The translations under genes were made by a program, and so were the position numbers. From Octopus bimaculoides (lineage: Eukaryota): a stretch of DNA of 35,779 bases. This document shows positions 23,618-35,779 of this stretch, piece after piece. The number at the start of each line of letters is the position of its first letter. Within the stretch, counting starts at the first letter, position 1. A model generated the notes under the pieces. That model searched no databases, was not told where the DNA came from, and saw nothing but the letters and a program-made list of their open reading frames with translations. The stretch is from the NCBI RefSeq assembly GCF_001194135.2, contig NC_068999.1, positions 40,096,137 to 40,131,915 of the forward strand, written 5' to 3'.

Positions 23618-25990
23618 TGTACACATAATACATATCCTGATATTTAGCACTGTTTCACAAAGTAGAGACATTATGCGTACATATGTTGTTAGCTGTCGAT
23701 GACTACGTAAGGTGTCGTTTGTTGAAATCATACATAGTTCGCTGGGAAACAGTTGTGATCACTATTAGGATGACCTGATCTCAATAATATTTGAAGCAAG
23801 CTCAGGTATGTATGTGAAGTAAAAGGTTAGCAATATAAAAGTCGTTTATCCATGCGACAGTGTGACGAGATGTATAAGTAGTTTCGACATACAACTATCC
23901 TCACAAGCATTCCCAACAAGATCGCACTCTTTGGTAGCCAACCCTCTAGTTATCGTTAGCACAGATCGACTTAGACTTTGCAGTAGGCTGCTTCGTGTGT
24001 TCATATAGACAAAGACTTGTTTACTCGGTATCTGGTTGTTAAAAGTATGAGAGGATGTTCAACAAAATATATTTGAAGAGAGGAGGAAATGTTTACAAGG
24101 CTATATGTTATTGATGAAAATATAATCTAGCCTACATGTAATAGTATTATAAACAATCGTGAAGCACTGTTTGGTGGAGCCACAAACTAAGCTTATTAGA
24201 AAGTGTTTCAAGTCTTCCACAAATTGTTTCCAACCTAAAGCGCTGACACATGTTCATAAGTAAATGATATGCAATCATATATGTTAACAGAGGAAAAATA
24301 ATTCGAGCATAATGTTGTTCATGTATATATATATATATATATATATATATNNNNNNNNNNNNNNNNNNNNNNNNNNNNNNNNNNNNNNNNNNNNNNNNNN
24401 NNNNNNNNNNNNNNNNNNNNNNNNNNNNNNNNNNNNNNNNNNNNNNNNNNNNNNNNNNNNNNNNNNNNNNNNNNNNNNNNNNNNNNNNNNNNNNNNNNNN
24501 NNNNNNNNNNNNNNNNNNNNNNNNNNNNNNNNNNNNNNNNNNNNNNNNNNNNNNNNNNNNNNNNNNNNNNNNNNNNNNNNNNNNNNNNNNNNNNNNNNNN
24601 NNNNNNNNNNNNNNNNNNNNNNNNNNNNNNNATATATACACATATATATATATATATATATACACTAGATTAGAATATCGATAAGTGCATCATAGTCACT
24701 GCTGAAACATCGCTCAAAAACAAACTGACTGCGAAAAATGTCTGGAGATTATAACTTATTAGAGAAATATATATTACAGAGAAGTACAGATGAGGTATAA
24801 CTGCACTTCCAGCATTTCTTCTACCGCTTCTGGACGACTTTTGTCTTTTACTGATAGGTACTAGAGCTATTAGTAGTTTATCTCCATTAAATATGATACA
24901 CAGATAGCTGTTTTAATCTAATACGGATATATACATACATGCATAAATAAAAAACATACATACACATATATGTATAAAATACAATAAAATTAATGCTAAA
25001 TGAATAGCAAAATACCACCACTCATATATCTATCCTCATATAGCTGCTTTAGCTCTAAATGCTAAAATAGGAATCACTTATACAGGATGCCCTATAACAG
25101 CGGAAGTATGCAGTATGCCAGTGCGAAGATTTATATTAAAACTAATATATTAACTGAAGAAGAAATATGAAACAGATGAGAAATATATTGAACTATAATT
25201 ATGAACTTACCTGACAGTGTCTCTAATGGCTGAATACGTTATGTATCTCAGTCACGTTTTCCCCATGTGTGTGGAATTTGTAGAAAAAAATATCAAAATT
25301 ATAATCTAGGATTGCGGTGAGACGCAAGTTAAATATCTAATTTATTAGTTGTAAGATTTCCACAAGGAGACCTGGAATAAAAAATCAATTTCTATCTCTC
25401 CCTATAACATCCTCACTGCCGCTATCTACATAATATCTTTTACACACACACAAACACATACATACACGCACGTACATCTACATACATCTGTGTGTGTGTG
25501 TGTGTGTGTGTGTTGTGTATGCACACATAGGCAGGTTTATCTATTTATATTTCTTATTATATATTGACAATTATATGTTTAAATATGTACATGCGTGTAT
25601 ACAAACATAGGAATGGATTTTTATTTATANNNNNNNNNNNNNNNNNNNNNNNNNNNNNNNNNNNNNNNNNNNNNNNNNNNNNNNNNNNNNNNNNNNNNNN
25701 NNNNNNNNNNNNNNNNNNNNNNNNNNNNNNNNNNNNNNNNNNNNNNNNNNNNNNNNNNNNNNNNNNNNNNNNNNNNNNNNNNNNNNNNNNNNNNNNNNNN
25801 NNNNNNNNNNNNNNNNNNNNNNNNNNNNNNNNNNNNNNNNNNNNNNNNNNNNNNNNNNNNNNNNNNNNNNNNNNNNNNNNNNNNNNNNNNNNNNNNNNNN
25901 NNNNNNNNNNNNNNNNNNNNNNNNNNNNNNNNNNNNNNNACACAGACACTCACACACACACACACACGCACAAACACACACACACATATA

Positions 25991-26024
<34 letters not shown>

Positions 26025-26038
26025 GATAGATAGATAGG

Positions 26039-26106
<68 letters not shown>
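26025..26106. repeat. (GATA)n microsatellite
   Basis: Seen directly. Confidence 0.95.
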
Positions 26107-26107
<1 letters not shown>

Positions 26108-26709
26108 GCATCACCACTGAAATATAATCATTTTAGCATTTTTCCAGCTTTATACCTGACAAACTACACATACTACACTAATTATTCGACGAAAATGACG
26201 TCAAACTAATTTACTTTAGCGCATCGAACTCAGTCGAAGACTGCTACATTTAACCCAGGAATTGTTCAATCACCATCTTCACTGTTTTCCTCGGCGCAGC
26301 AAACAACTCTTACCGAATAACTTTTTTGTTCTGTGGGTTTTATCATACAAATTGAAACATGTACCGCGCAATTGTCTTAACCAAGAGTTGTATAATACCT
26401 AAATCGTATAGCAGTTTCATTCGAATGTCAAATATAGTTTCTTTTGGCGTGAAAATTCCTTTCGAAACAACTTCAAGAACGCAGAGTCTAACTTGTCCAA
26501 ATATAAGTAATGGTTAAAAGCTCATCTGACAGCAAGCAATGTGATAAAAGATAAAATTATTCATGGTATCGAAACACGGATGGAACTGCAAATGCGACAT
26601 ATGCAGAGGAGAAAGGTAGGTACATTGCTACACGTCCAATCAATACCGAGCAGATATTTCTCTCTATAAGCATGCCAAATTACTTATTTATAAATTTACA
26701 CCAGGCCAG

Positions 26710-26897
26710 AAGGCGGCAAGGTGTCAAAATCGTTATCAAAGTGCTAAATAACATTACTTCGTTGTTTTTAAGTTCTGAGTTCAAATCCCACCGAGGTCAG
26801 CCATTATCTCTTCGGGGTGAATAAATTAAAGTACCAATCAATTAATGATGTCGACGCAATCGACTTATTCCCCCACTAAAAATTACAGGTCTTGAAA
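26710..26897 (+). mobile_element. Octopus-type tRNA-derived SINE, same family as 20771-20990
   Basis: aaggcggcaaggtgtcaaaatcgtta...ttctgagttcaaatcccaccgaggtc...ttcggggtgaataaattaaagtacca...gtcgacgcaatcgactta...aaattacaggtcttg. Confidence 0.8.
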
Positions 26898-27394
26898 TCT
26901 TCAAAGGACCGGCGTCTCTTTCACGAGTATGTTGGGTCATTAATATGCCAAGCAAACCGAATCACCGGAAGTATAAAACCTGAATAAAAAAAAGTAAAAC
27001 CAAACATTCACACATATACCACCTCAACACCTACCTAACATCTACATATATTATATATTCAACCAGAAATAAAGCATTACAGCGCTTCTGAATATATACT
27101 GACTTCTATGTAAATATTTATAACTGAAGAGTTTCTATCCGGCTGTGCTTGAAATTCCAGTGTGACATTCTTTCTGCTCTCGGCAAATTATGCTGAAATC
27201 AATTGCAGCTGACCTGCAACCAGAAGTACACAAAATTCTCTTCAGCTGCGTGTTACAGCTCCGGAAGACCAGACTGATAATATACGACAGGGGTTAATAC
27301 TTTATTGTCTTCACCAAGCAGTATACACTACGTTGCAACATTTCACAAAACGTCATCACGATTACCTTTATCACGAGCCATCATATTTTCCTAT

Positions 27395-27563
27395 AAAAAA
27401 ACTATCAATGCATATGACTCGACGAAAGATTGTGTTCGCATTGGTCAGCCCAGGGCTATAGCAGAATAGACATGTGCTAGGCTCTGCAGCGTAGGACTGG
27501 ACCGGAACCCGAAACCTCGACGTTCCGAAGTGAAATTCTTAAGCACAGGGCCATGCCTGCGAC
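27395..27563 (-). mobile_element. 5' half of a tRNA-derived SINE (antisense on +)
   Basis: Minus strand begins gcaggcatggccctgtgcttaag (A-box-like)...gggttccggtccagtcc (B-box-like)...catgtctattctgctatagccctgggctgaccaa. Confidence 0.68.
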
Positions 27564-27707
27564 TACGATCAATGTTCCCGGTAAGTGAGTCATGGGATCG
27601 AATTAGGGTCCGATCTTTGTCACTTCTATTGACATTTTGAAGAATTTCACAGATGTGCTTTTGGGATAACTACTGCTCTTTTTTATTAAGTTCAGTTCAA
27701 GTTCTTT

Positions 27708-27713
<6 letters not shown>

Positions 27714-27752
<39 letters not shown>
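27714..27752. repeat. (GA)n microsatellite
   Basis: Seen directly. Confidence 0.95.
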
Positions 27753-27757
<5 letters not shown>

Positions 27758-28297
27758 GGGGGAAGAGAGAATTAGTTTAGATAGAGGGGAAGAAATAGAG
27801 AGGAAAGCAGAAAGGAAGAAAGGGATGGAGAACGTTTAGTTCTTTATAAGTGCAATCAAATATATCATATTTTATTTTTCGTAACATAAAATTTAATTAG
27901 ATTTCGACTAATATTTGTAAGTATAACTGTTTCGAAATGATTATGTGGCATCGCTAAATGGAATTACAAGTTCATTAATTGAATTACATTTGCTCAGAAT
28001 TGCTGCAAAAACACAAAACAAAAATTGAAACTGATAGCGAAACATATTTAAAACTAATATTTGATAAAATTAATATGGTTCATACTTAATTTCAGGTGAA
28101 TAAATCTCTGTATCTATCTCTCGCTCACTCCCCTTTAACACACTCTCTCTTTCTTTGTGTTTATTTGCGTGTGCGTATGTGTGTGTATGAGTGTATACGT
28201 TACATATCCATATATATATGTGTCTGTGTTTGGATATATGTATGTGTAATTGAATATACTTTTATGCATACATACATACACATACAACACACACACG

Positions 28298-28330
<33 letters not shown>

Positions 28331-28574
28331 GTATGTATGTATATATAAGTATATATAAATATATGTATATATANNNNNNNNNNNNNNNNNNNNNNNNNNN
28401 NNNNNNNNNNNNNNNNNNNNNNNNNNNNNNNNNNNNNNNNNNNNNNNNNNNNNNNNNNNNNNNNNNNNNNNNNNNNNNNNNNNNNNNNNNNNNNNNNNNN
28501 NNNNNNNNNNNNNNNNNNNNNNNNNNNNNNNNNNNNNNNNNNNNNNNNNNNNNNNNNNNNNNNNNNNNNNNNNN

Positions 28575-28621
<47 letters not shown>

Positions 28622-30156
28622 CTGTGCACGTGTGTGTGTCTGTATTTATACATGTGCAGATGCATTTGTTAAGGAAATCTACATTGGTATTCAGCTGAAA
28701 TTTTCGGTGAGTTTTAATATAGCCTAAAATTTCTATTTATCAGTAGCTATGAATTTCTCTCACGTAATTCACTGAAATTTCTTAGAACTTTGCTCTGTTT
28801 CTTTATCTGATCCTATATTTTATTTTTAGCTGGAAATGATTAATGCCTTGTTAGAGACGCACATGAACATAGAAACGTTCTCTTGGCCACCAATAAATAA
28901 CCTCGTACACAAGTGTGGGTTAATGTGTGCGTGTACCTATATGTTTGTGTGTGCGCGCGCCTGTATGTATGTATCCACATACACACGCGCCAGTGTATAT
29001 TCTATATATATTTATATTTTTTATAAATATAAATATTCACACGTGGATATTTATGTATATACACATAAGGTAATATGTTCGTAAGCATATAAACACCTAG
29101 AAGCACAGGTTTGGAGCTGTGTATGCACATGTGTGTGTATGTATGTGTGTGCTTGAGTGTGTGTGTGTGTATCCGTACGGCTTTCTTTTTGCCATTGTCT
29201 TTACTGATAACATTATAGGCATGTTGTAAGGATATGAATAAGATATAATAGCAATATGAAACACACACTACCATACATACTGTAATGTTACATATATACA
29301 TATATATATATATATATANNNNNNNNNNNNNNNNNNNNNNNNNNNNNNNNNNNNNNNNNNNNNNNNNNNNNNNNNNNNNNNNNNNNNNNNNNNNNNNNNN
29401 NNNNNNNNNNNNNNNNNNNNNNNNNNNNNNNNNNNNNNNNNNNNNNNNNNNNNNNNNNNNNNNNNNNNNNNNNNNNNNNNNNNNNNNNNNNNNNNNNNNN
29501 NNNNNNNNNNNNNNNNNNNNNNNNNNNNNNNNNNNNNNNNNNNNNNNNNNNNNNNNNNNNNNNNNNNNNNNNNNNNNNNNNNNNNNNNNNNNNNNNNNNN
29601 NNNNNNNNNNNNNNNNNNNNNNNNNNNNNNNNNNNNNNNNNNNNNNNNNNNNNNNNNNNNNNNNNNNNNNNNNNNNNNNNNNNNNNNNNNNNNNNNNNNN
29701 NNNNNNNNNNNNNNNNNNNNNNNNNNNNNNNNNNNNNNNNNNNNNNNNNNNNNNNNNNNNNNNNNNNNNNNNNNNNNNNNNNNNNNNNNNNNNNNNNNNN
29801 NNNNNNNNNNNNNNNNNNNNNNNNNNNNNNNNNNNNNNNNNNNNNNNNNNNNNNNNNNNNNNNNNNNNNNNNNNNNNNNNNNNNNNNNNNNNNNNNNNNN
29901 NNNNNNNNNNNNNNNNNNNNNNNNNNNNNNNNNNNNNNNNNNNNNNNNNNNNNNNNNNNNNNNNNNNNNNNNNNNNNNNNNNNNNNNNNNNNNNNNNNNN
30001 NNNNNNNNNNNNNNNNNNNNNNNNNNNNNNNNNNNNNNNNNNNNNNNNNNNNNNNNNNNNNNNNNNNNNNNNNNNNNNNNNNNNNNNNNNNNNNNNNNNN
30101 NNNNNNNNNNNNNNNNNNNNNNNNNNNNNNNNNNNNNNNNNNNNNNNNNNNNNNNN

Positions 30157-30194
<38 letters not shown>

Positions 30195-30391
30195 CGAAGA
30201 GGAAGGCACGTTTAGAAAGAGAGAGTTGGAGAAAGAGTTGTGGGGAGAGAAATGGTCTTCGTTTCATACTCTCTGTAAAAACACACATTACAGACATAAC
30301 CCCACACACGTATTTAGATATATACATACATTTAAACACACACACACAAACATGTGTGTGTTTGTGTGTGTGTGTGTGTATNNNNNNNNNN

Positions 30392-30437
<46 letters not shown>

Positions 30438-32789
30438 CGTGCGTGCTTGTATATTTATCTTTCTTCTCTTTACTGTTACCGCTATCACCAAAACTTTTCA
30501 GTAGCTACTCAGTTATTCGAGAAAAAAATTGTTTTCGCTTCATATTCAACCCCCACATTTATAATATACGCATTCCAGTTTATGTACACAGACCCAAAAA
30601 TAATTTATGTCTGCTTTTAAATCTATATCCCTACTATGCAACAACAAGAACAACAACAATACTAACAACATCTCCAATGAAACATCAAGCCCGTCTGTCT
30701 ATAAACTTTCTATCTTTCCAACCAATACACGTACCACACAAACACAGAAATGCCCACACAGAAATACGGACACAGACACACACACATACATACATACACA
30801 CACACACAAACATACATTCATTCATTTCTGTATCTCATTAATACGAAGTCACGCTATTTCTATTCTATTTGAATAGCTAATACGCCCAGACTAGAACATA
30901 TCTTCGACCATTGTAACCTCTTAATGCTATTTTCTGCATATTTCCAAAATACATTCTTCTTTCTTTTCTTTACTATTCATTATATTTTATCATATTTACA
31001 TATTTTGCTGTTGTTTTTGTTGTAAAGTTTTTATTTTATTTTCCTTCCTACTATATCATGAGTAAATAATAATAGATTGGTGAAGAAAGATGTTATCTGA
31101 TTTGCTGCTTCGTTTCAATTTTGTTCAAACTTACCTACTCATACGAGATGGAGTTCTCTTGCTTTCTTTTATTTTCGAGACCATGTTGAGTAAGTTATTT
31201 ACTTCTTGATGAATTTAGTTCACTAACTTCCTTTTCAACTCATTTTAGAATTTTGTTTTTCATAATGTATTATATATTACATTTTTAAATGGAATACCCC
31301 AGTTTTTACACCGTCGCTATCTCTTTGTGTATTTGTGTATTTCTAGTGAAATTGTTCATTTCTTCATATATTTGCTAAAGAAAAAAGAAAAATCTGATAC
31401 TATATTTTTTTGTGGATTTAAGATAACTTAGAATAGCATAAGTGTTTGATGGTCATGGACAAATATAATGATTTGCGGAATTTCAGCTGTACCGCTAAAC
31501 TCTTAAGAACTTTGACAAGTTCTGTGATCACCTTATTAATTTAACACTGTAGATTCCTTAACATATCAACACTGGTATTCCAGGCAACAATTGGTCTCTT
31601 TTTACTAACGCTTGTTTCTTTTTCCTACTTCTTTCGTTGATGTTATCAATCTCACATCAACAACCGGACAGAAATATTATAAATCTTTGAATGAATGATT
31701 AATCTAAATTTTAGAAGAAAAAGCAATCTAATATTGTATGAATCATAGAAGCATTTGGTTGAAGATGATAAAATTATACAGCGGCCGTTTAAAGTTCGTA
31801 AATACAAATACGCGGAAATCGTGAAATTCTCCATCGTGAAACAATAATTCAAAGATTTTAACTGATGTGGTAAATGTCATGATGAACCGGGAAAATATTC
31901 TACCTCACATTTTTATATTTCTTCATTACTTAAATTTCAGGAATTCAAATTCTTTGTGATGATGATTAAAATCATGCTGACACCATGTTTTATAACCATA
32001 TTTAGGCAAATGCATTTAATGTTTCTTTTTTTTGTTTTATCAATGTCTGGTTATGTGGTACTTATTATCTTTTCCCCGTAATACATAGCATTAATGATTC
32101 TATTTCTTTCACATAGAAATGTGTTATTATTCATCCCTGCCGCACCTCTGGCATAGAATTTGTCAACAATCAATAAACATTTTAAATAAATTTCATTTGG
32201 CGTTTCCAGCCAGATATTTTCTTATTTTTATGAATTACATATTTACATTACTCAACGATGGATGCCAAATATCTTAAACAAAAGGATTTTCACTTATTTC
32301 AATTAATTTAATAATTCAGTACCTCATTGTATACATATATCCATTCATATGTGTGTGCGTTTGTGCGTCTGTGCGGTCTATTCGTTCGGGCATGTGTGTG
32401 TGTATGTTTGTGTGTATACGTGTATGCCGCGCGCGTTTTAGAATCATTATCACCATGATATATACTGCCAGGTGTTGGACCGATTTGAAGAGAGGAGAGT
32501 CTGGAAAAAAGCAATTGCAACAAACAAGATTGTGCTCAAGTCTGGATGGATGTGTGAACAAGAGCTTACTTCTTTGAAGTTTTTTTTCCATCAAATATGC
32601 AGCACTTGCTATGGAAATACATTGTTGTATGGGAGAAGAAACTAGTCAAATGTATCACAAAGTGGTAATGTATTAGCAAAGTCATATTTGCACATAGATG
32701 CCGTAATAATTAAATGTATATCAACGAAAATCGCCTATGATGAATGATGACAAGTGTTTTTAGTCAGCAGACATATACATATATATATA

Positions 32790-32843
<54 letters not shown>

Positions 32844-33218
32844 AATCAGGGAGATTCAGTTACCAGTGCTAGTTACCTGGTATTAAATTGATGTTAATAT
32901 TCAACTTTTTACCCCATTGNNNNNNNNNNNNNNNNNNNNNNNNNNNNNNNNNNNNNNNNNNNNNNNNNNNNNNNNNNNNNNNNNNNNNNNNNNNNNNNNN
33001 NNNNNNNNNNNNNNNNNNNNNNNNNNNNNNNNNNNNNNNNNNNNNNNNNNNNNNNNNNNNNNNNNNNNNNNNNNNNNNNNNNNNNNNNNNNNNNNNNNNN
33101 NNNNNNNNNNNNNNNNNNNNNNNNNNNNNNNNNNNNNNNNNNNNNNNNNNNNNNNNNNNNNNNNNNNNNNNNNNNNNNNNNNNNNNNNNNNNNNNNATAT
33201 ATATACAGATATATACTT

Positions 33219-33259
<41 letters not shown>

Positions 33260-33889
33260 CATACACACACATATATATATACATACATTATATTATATTT
33301 TAATATATTATATAGTGTTAAATTATATCATGTTATATTACTATATACTATATTATATTATATAATATTTTCACGAACATATATAGATATATAATGAATA
33401 TTCTAAAAAATATCTACATGCGATTAAGCTTATTCATGTTATATAGGACGGTGTAACGACGTAGTTTCAGTGAACTTTCTACACATTATCTACTTGAAGA
33501 AACCGTTGGGTAAGACGCAGACATCAAAACACAAGAAGCAGTACATTTCATTGGTATTCCAATGACGAAGTTATTAGTATACCATAGGGCTTCCATTGAA
33601 GTAATGCTTTGAAAGATATCATTGCGACATCGTATGAAGCTGAACTTTCATAGTGTGCAAGGTAAAATATGTGCCAATATTCGAATTTTCATATTTCCTT
33701 TAACGTATTCCTCTCGCTATATTTCAAAAGCGATATAGCATGTTATCACGCACACATACATGCTAGTATATAGGGACAAAAGTACGCATGCGCACAAACA
33801 CTCGTATATATATATATATATATGTATGTATATATCTGTGTGGGTGTGTGTATGTGCGTGTGTGCATAGAAAGATATACGCACATACAC

Positions 33890-33960
33890 ACACAAACACA
33901 CACACGCACACACACACACGCACGCACGCACACACACACACACGCACACACACACACACG

Positions 33961-34041
<81 letters not shown>

Positions 34042-34144
34042 AGATGAAATGAGAGTTCGCACAATCATTGCGCCTGTGTGTATGTGTGTGTGTGTATGTG
34101 TGTGTGTGTATGTGTGTGTATGTGTGTGTGTGTGTGTGTGTGTG
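33890..34144. repeat. (CA)n-(TA)n tract followed by an opposed (GT)n tract
   Basis: CA/TA run 33890-34037 and GT run 34077-34144. Confidence 0.93.
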
Positions 34145-34436
34145 TTTGACTATGAGTCTCCGTCCCTGTTTCGAGTTCCTTCAGCGTCATCTGTCTCGTT
34201 TTACTCGTTTGATTTTTATTTATCAGAATTTTTTGTTTGTTTTTCTTTCTTCTTCATTGATTATTATAAATCTCCAAAGTCTTTTTTCATTCGCGTGGCA
34301 TCTGCAAGAAATATTTTCGATGCGTTTATATATAGTTTAATGTGTTTCTAGATGTACGAAGATGACCACAAACAAAAACATACATACGCACACAACGCAC
34401 ATGTGCACACAGCACACTCACGACCATATATACATA

Positions 34437-34471
<35 letters not shown>

Positions 34472-35112
34472 TAATATACTATATATGTTATATACATATA
34501 TATAGCGTGCGAGCGCGTGAGTGATGTTCTTTATATAAGTCTTTTTTTCCTCTCAAAGAGGAGGAGCCTTGTTCGAGAAGCCATTTCCACGCCTATTGGT
34601 CACTGAACCTCAATCATATATATTCACTGGGTATGTCTAAGTGACATGCCCTGTTTCCCTTATTCTCTATTTTGAATCTGTCCATATTTATATATAGATC
34701 TGCTCGATCCTGACTTGCTAAAAGCTTCATGATATGCAGATACAATCAGAGATTTCCCTTTCGTAATTTAAATATACATACACACATTGAAACACGCACA
34801 CACAGAAACACAGGAGCACGTACACTTATTTATATACATATATACAAGGAGAGAGCCTTACCTATTTATTTATCTATTTGTGTATTGTAGAATTACATCT
34901 ATATCTTATATGCATTATAGGTGCATTGTACTGTAAATTTCTGTTTGAAAGAAATATTTACTGGGAAATGCTGCCATGGATTTGCAAGTAACTGAAGTGC
35001 TATATCAATCTGTAAACGTTTGATTAGCCTGGTGTATTTCTATTAAAAGAGAGCTTCAGAAGTATTTCGCCCAGAATCATAATTCCGTATTAATAACACT
35101 TGATGTGTGCGC

Positions 35113-35115
<3 letters not shown>

Positions 35116-35170
<55 letters not shown>
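35116..35170. repeat. (GT)n microsatellite
   Basis: Seen directly. Confidence 0.95.
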
Positions 35171-35172
<2 letters not shown>

Positions 35173-35698
35173 ATATATACATGCATATATATTCCGTATT
35201 ATTTTGTAATATTCATAAACACGCCGGAAGTTTAATTCATTATCGTTAATTTCGTTTAGTATTCTGCCATCAGTCGAGACATTCATATCTTTGTTAGGAA
35301 GTGGTTTATTAAAACAACGCACATCTAAAATATATGGTATGGTAATAGCAATATGGAAAAGCCTTATTTTAAGAATACAGGACAGAAAAAGAAAACAATA
35401 AACTTCGATATTGATAGCATTGGTTATGTAATGTTTGTTGATTCATAGAAAGCTTTCTACTATTGTTTCTGTTGTATGTAGAGAGTAAAAGGTTAATGGA
35501 ACAAGTTGGCATTCCCGTACACGTTTCAGTTAGTTTCTGTGACTTTTGATTAGGACTGTATTATTTTCTTACATTCTACTTGCGGAGACGTCTATCTATA
35601 AGTATGTAGGTGTTGCTAATACATGTGTTTTGACGTGTGTCTCTTGCCACGTTGTTATACGCGCCCCCCGTTGTGCATATTCATACACACACAAACAT

Positions 35699-35699
<1 letters not shown>

Positions 35700-35779
<80 letters not shown>
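35700..35779. repeat. (CA)n-(TA)n microsatellite running to the window end
   Basis: Seen directly. Confidence 0.95.

Noticed and set aside
26533-26615. Possible exon (ASNVIKDKIIHGIETRMELQMRHMQRRK, or WNCKCDIC in another frame) ending at AAG|GTAGGT
   Set aside because: Weak acceptor, no recognised family, and frame choice is arbitrary.
7875-26897. Oppositely oriented same-family SINEs as long-range dsRNA for editing
   Set aside because: The copies are too diverged and more than 12 kb apart to support pairing from sequence alone.
32472-32645. 57-codon open frame VLDRFEERRVWKKAIATNK...
   Set aside because: No recognisable homology and no strong donor; length is compatible with chance.

Overview
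AT-rich, microsatellite-saturated eukaryotic DNA with 14 assembly gaps (~4.5 kb of N). The repeat vocabulary (tRNA-derived SINEs, a mariner MITE, (GATA)n/(CA)n/(TA)n tracts) looks like an octopus genome; this is inferred from my recall of Octopus repeats, not from a search. I recognise no intact protein-coding gene. The ORF track is almost entirely microsatellite or N-gap artefact, so the window is probably intronic or intergenic. Supported elements are seven degenerate SINE copies, a TA-flanked mariner MITE, a decayed R4/Dong-like LINE endonuclease fragment and a very decayed Tc1/mariner transposase. The best hunt results are: (1) a minus-strand minimal type I hammerhead ribozyme fold at 11701-11762, resembling Penelope/retrozyme hammerheads, with an unusual extra A on each side of stem II, lying at the edge of a 449-bp unit bounded by a 36-bp direct repeat; (2) a near-perfect 35-bp-stem hairpin at 19653-19738 (candidate pre-miRNA, ADAR substrate or mini-MITE); (3) weak hints of a minus-strand host gene from splice-donor bias and candidate exons.
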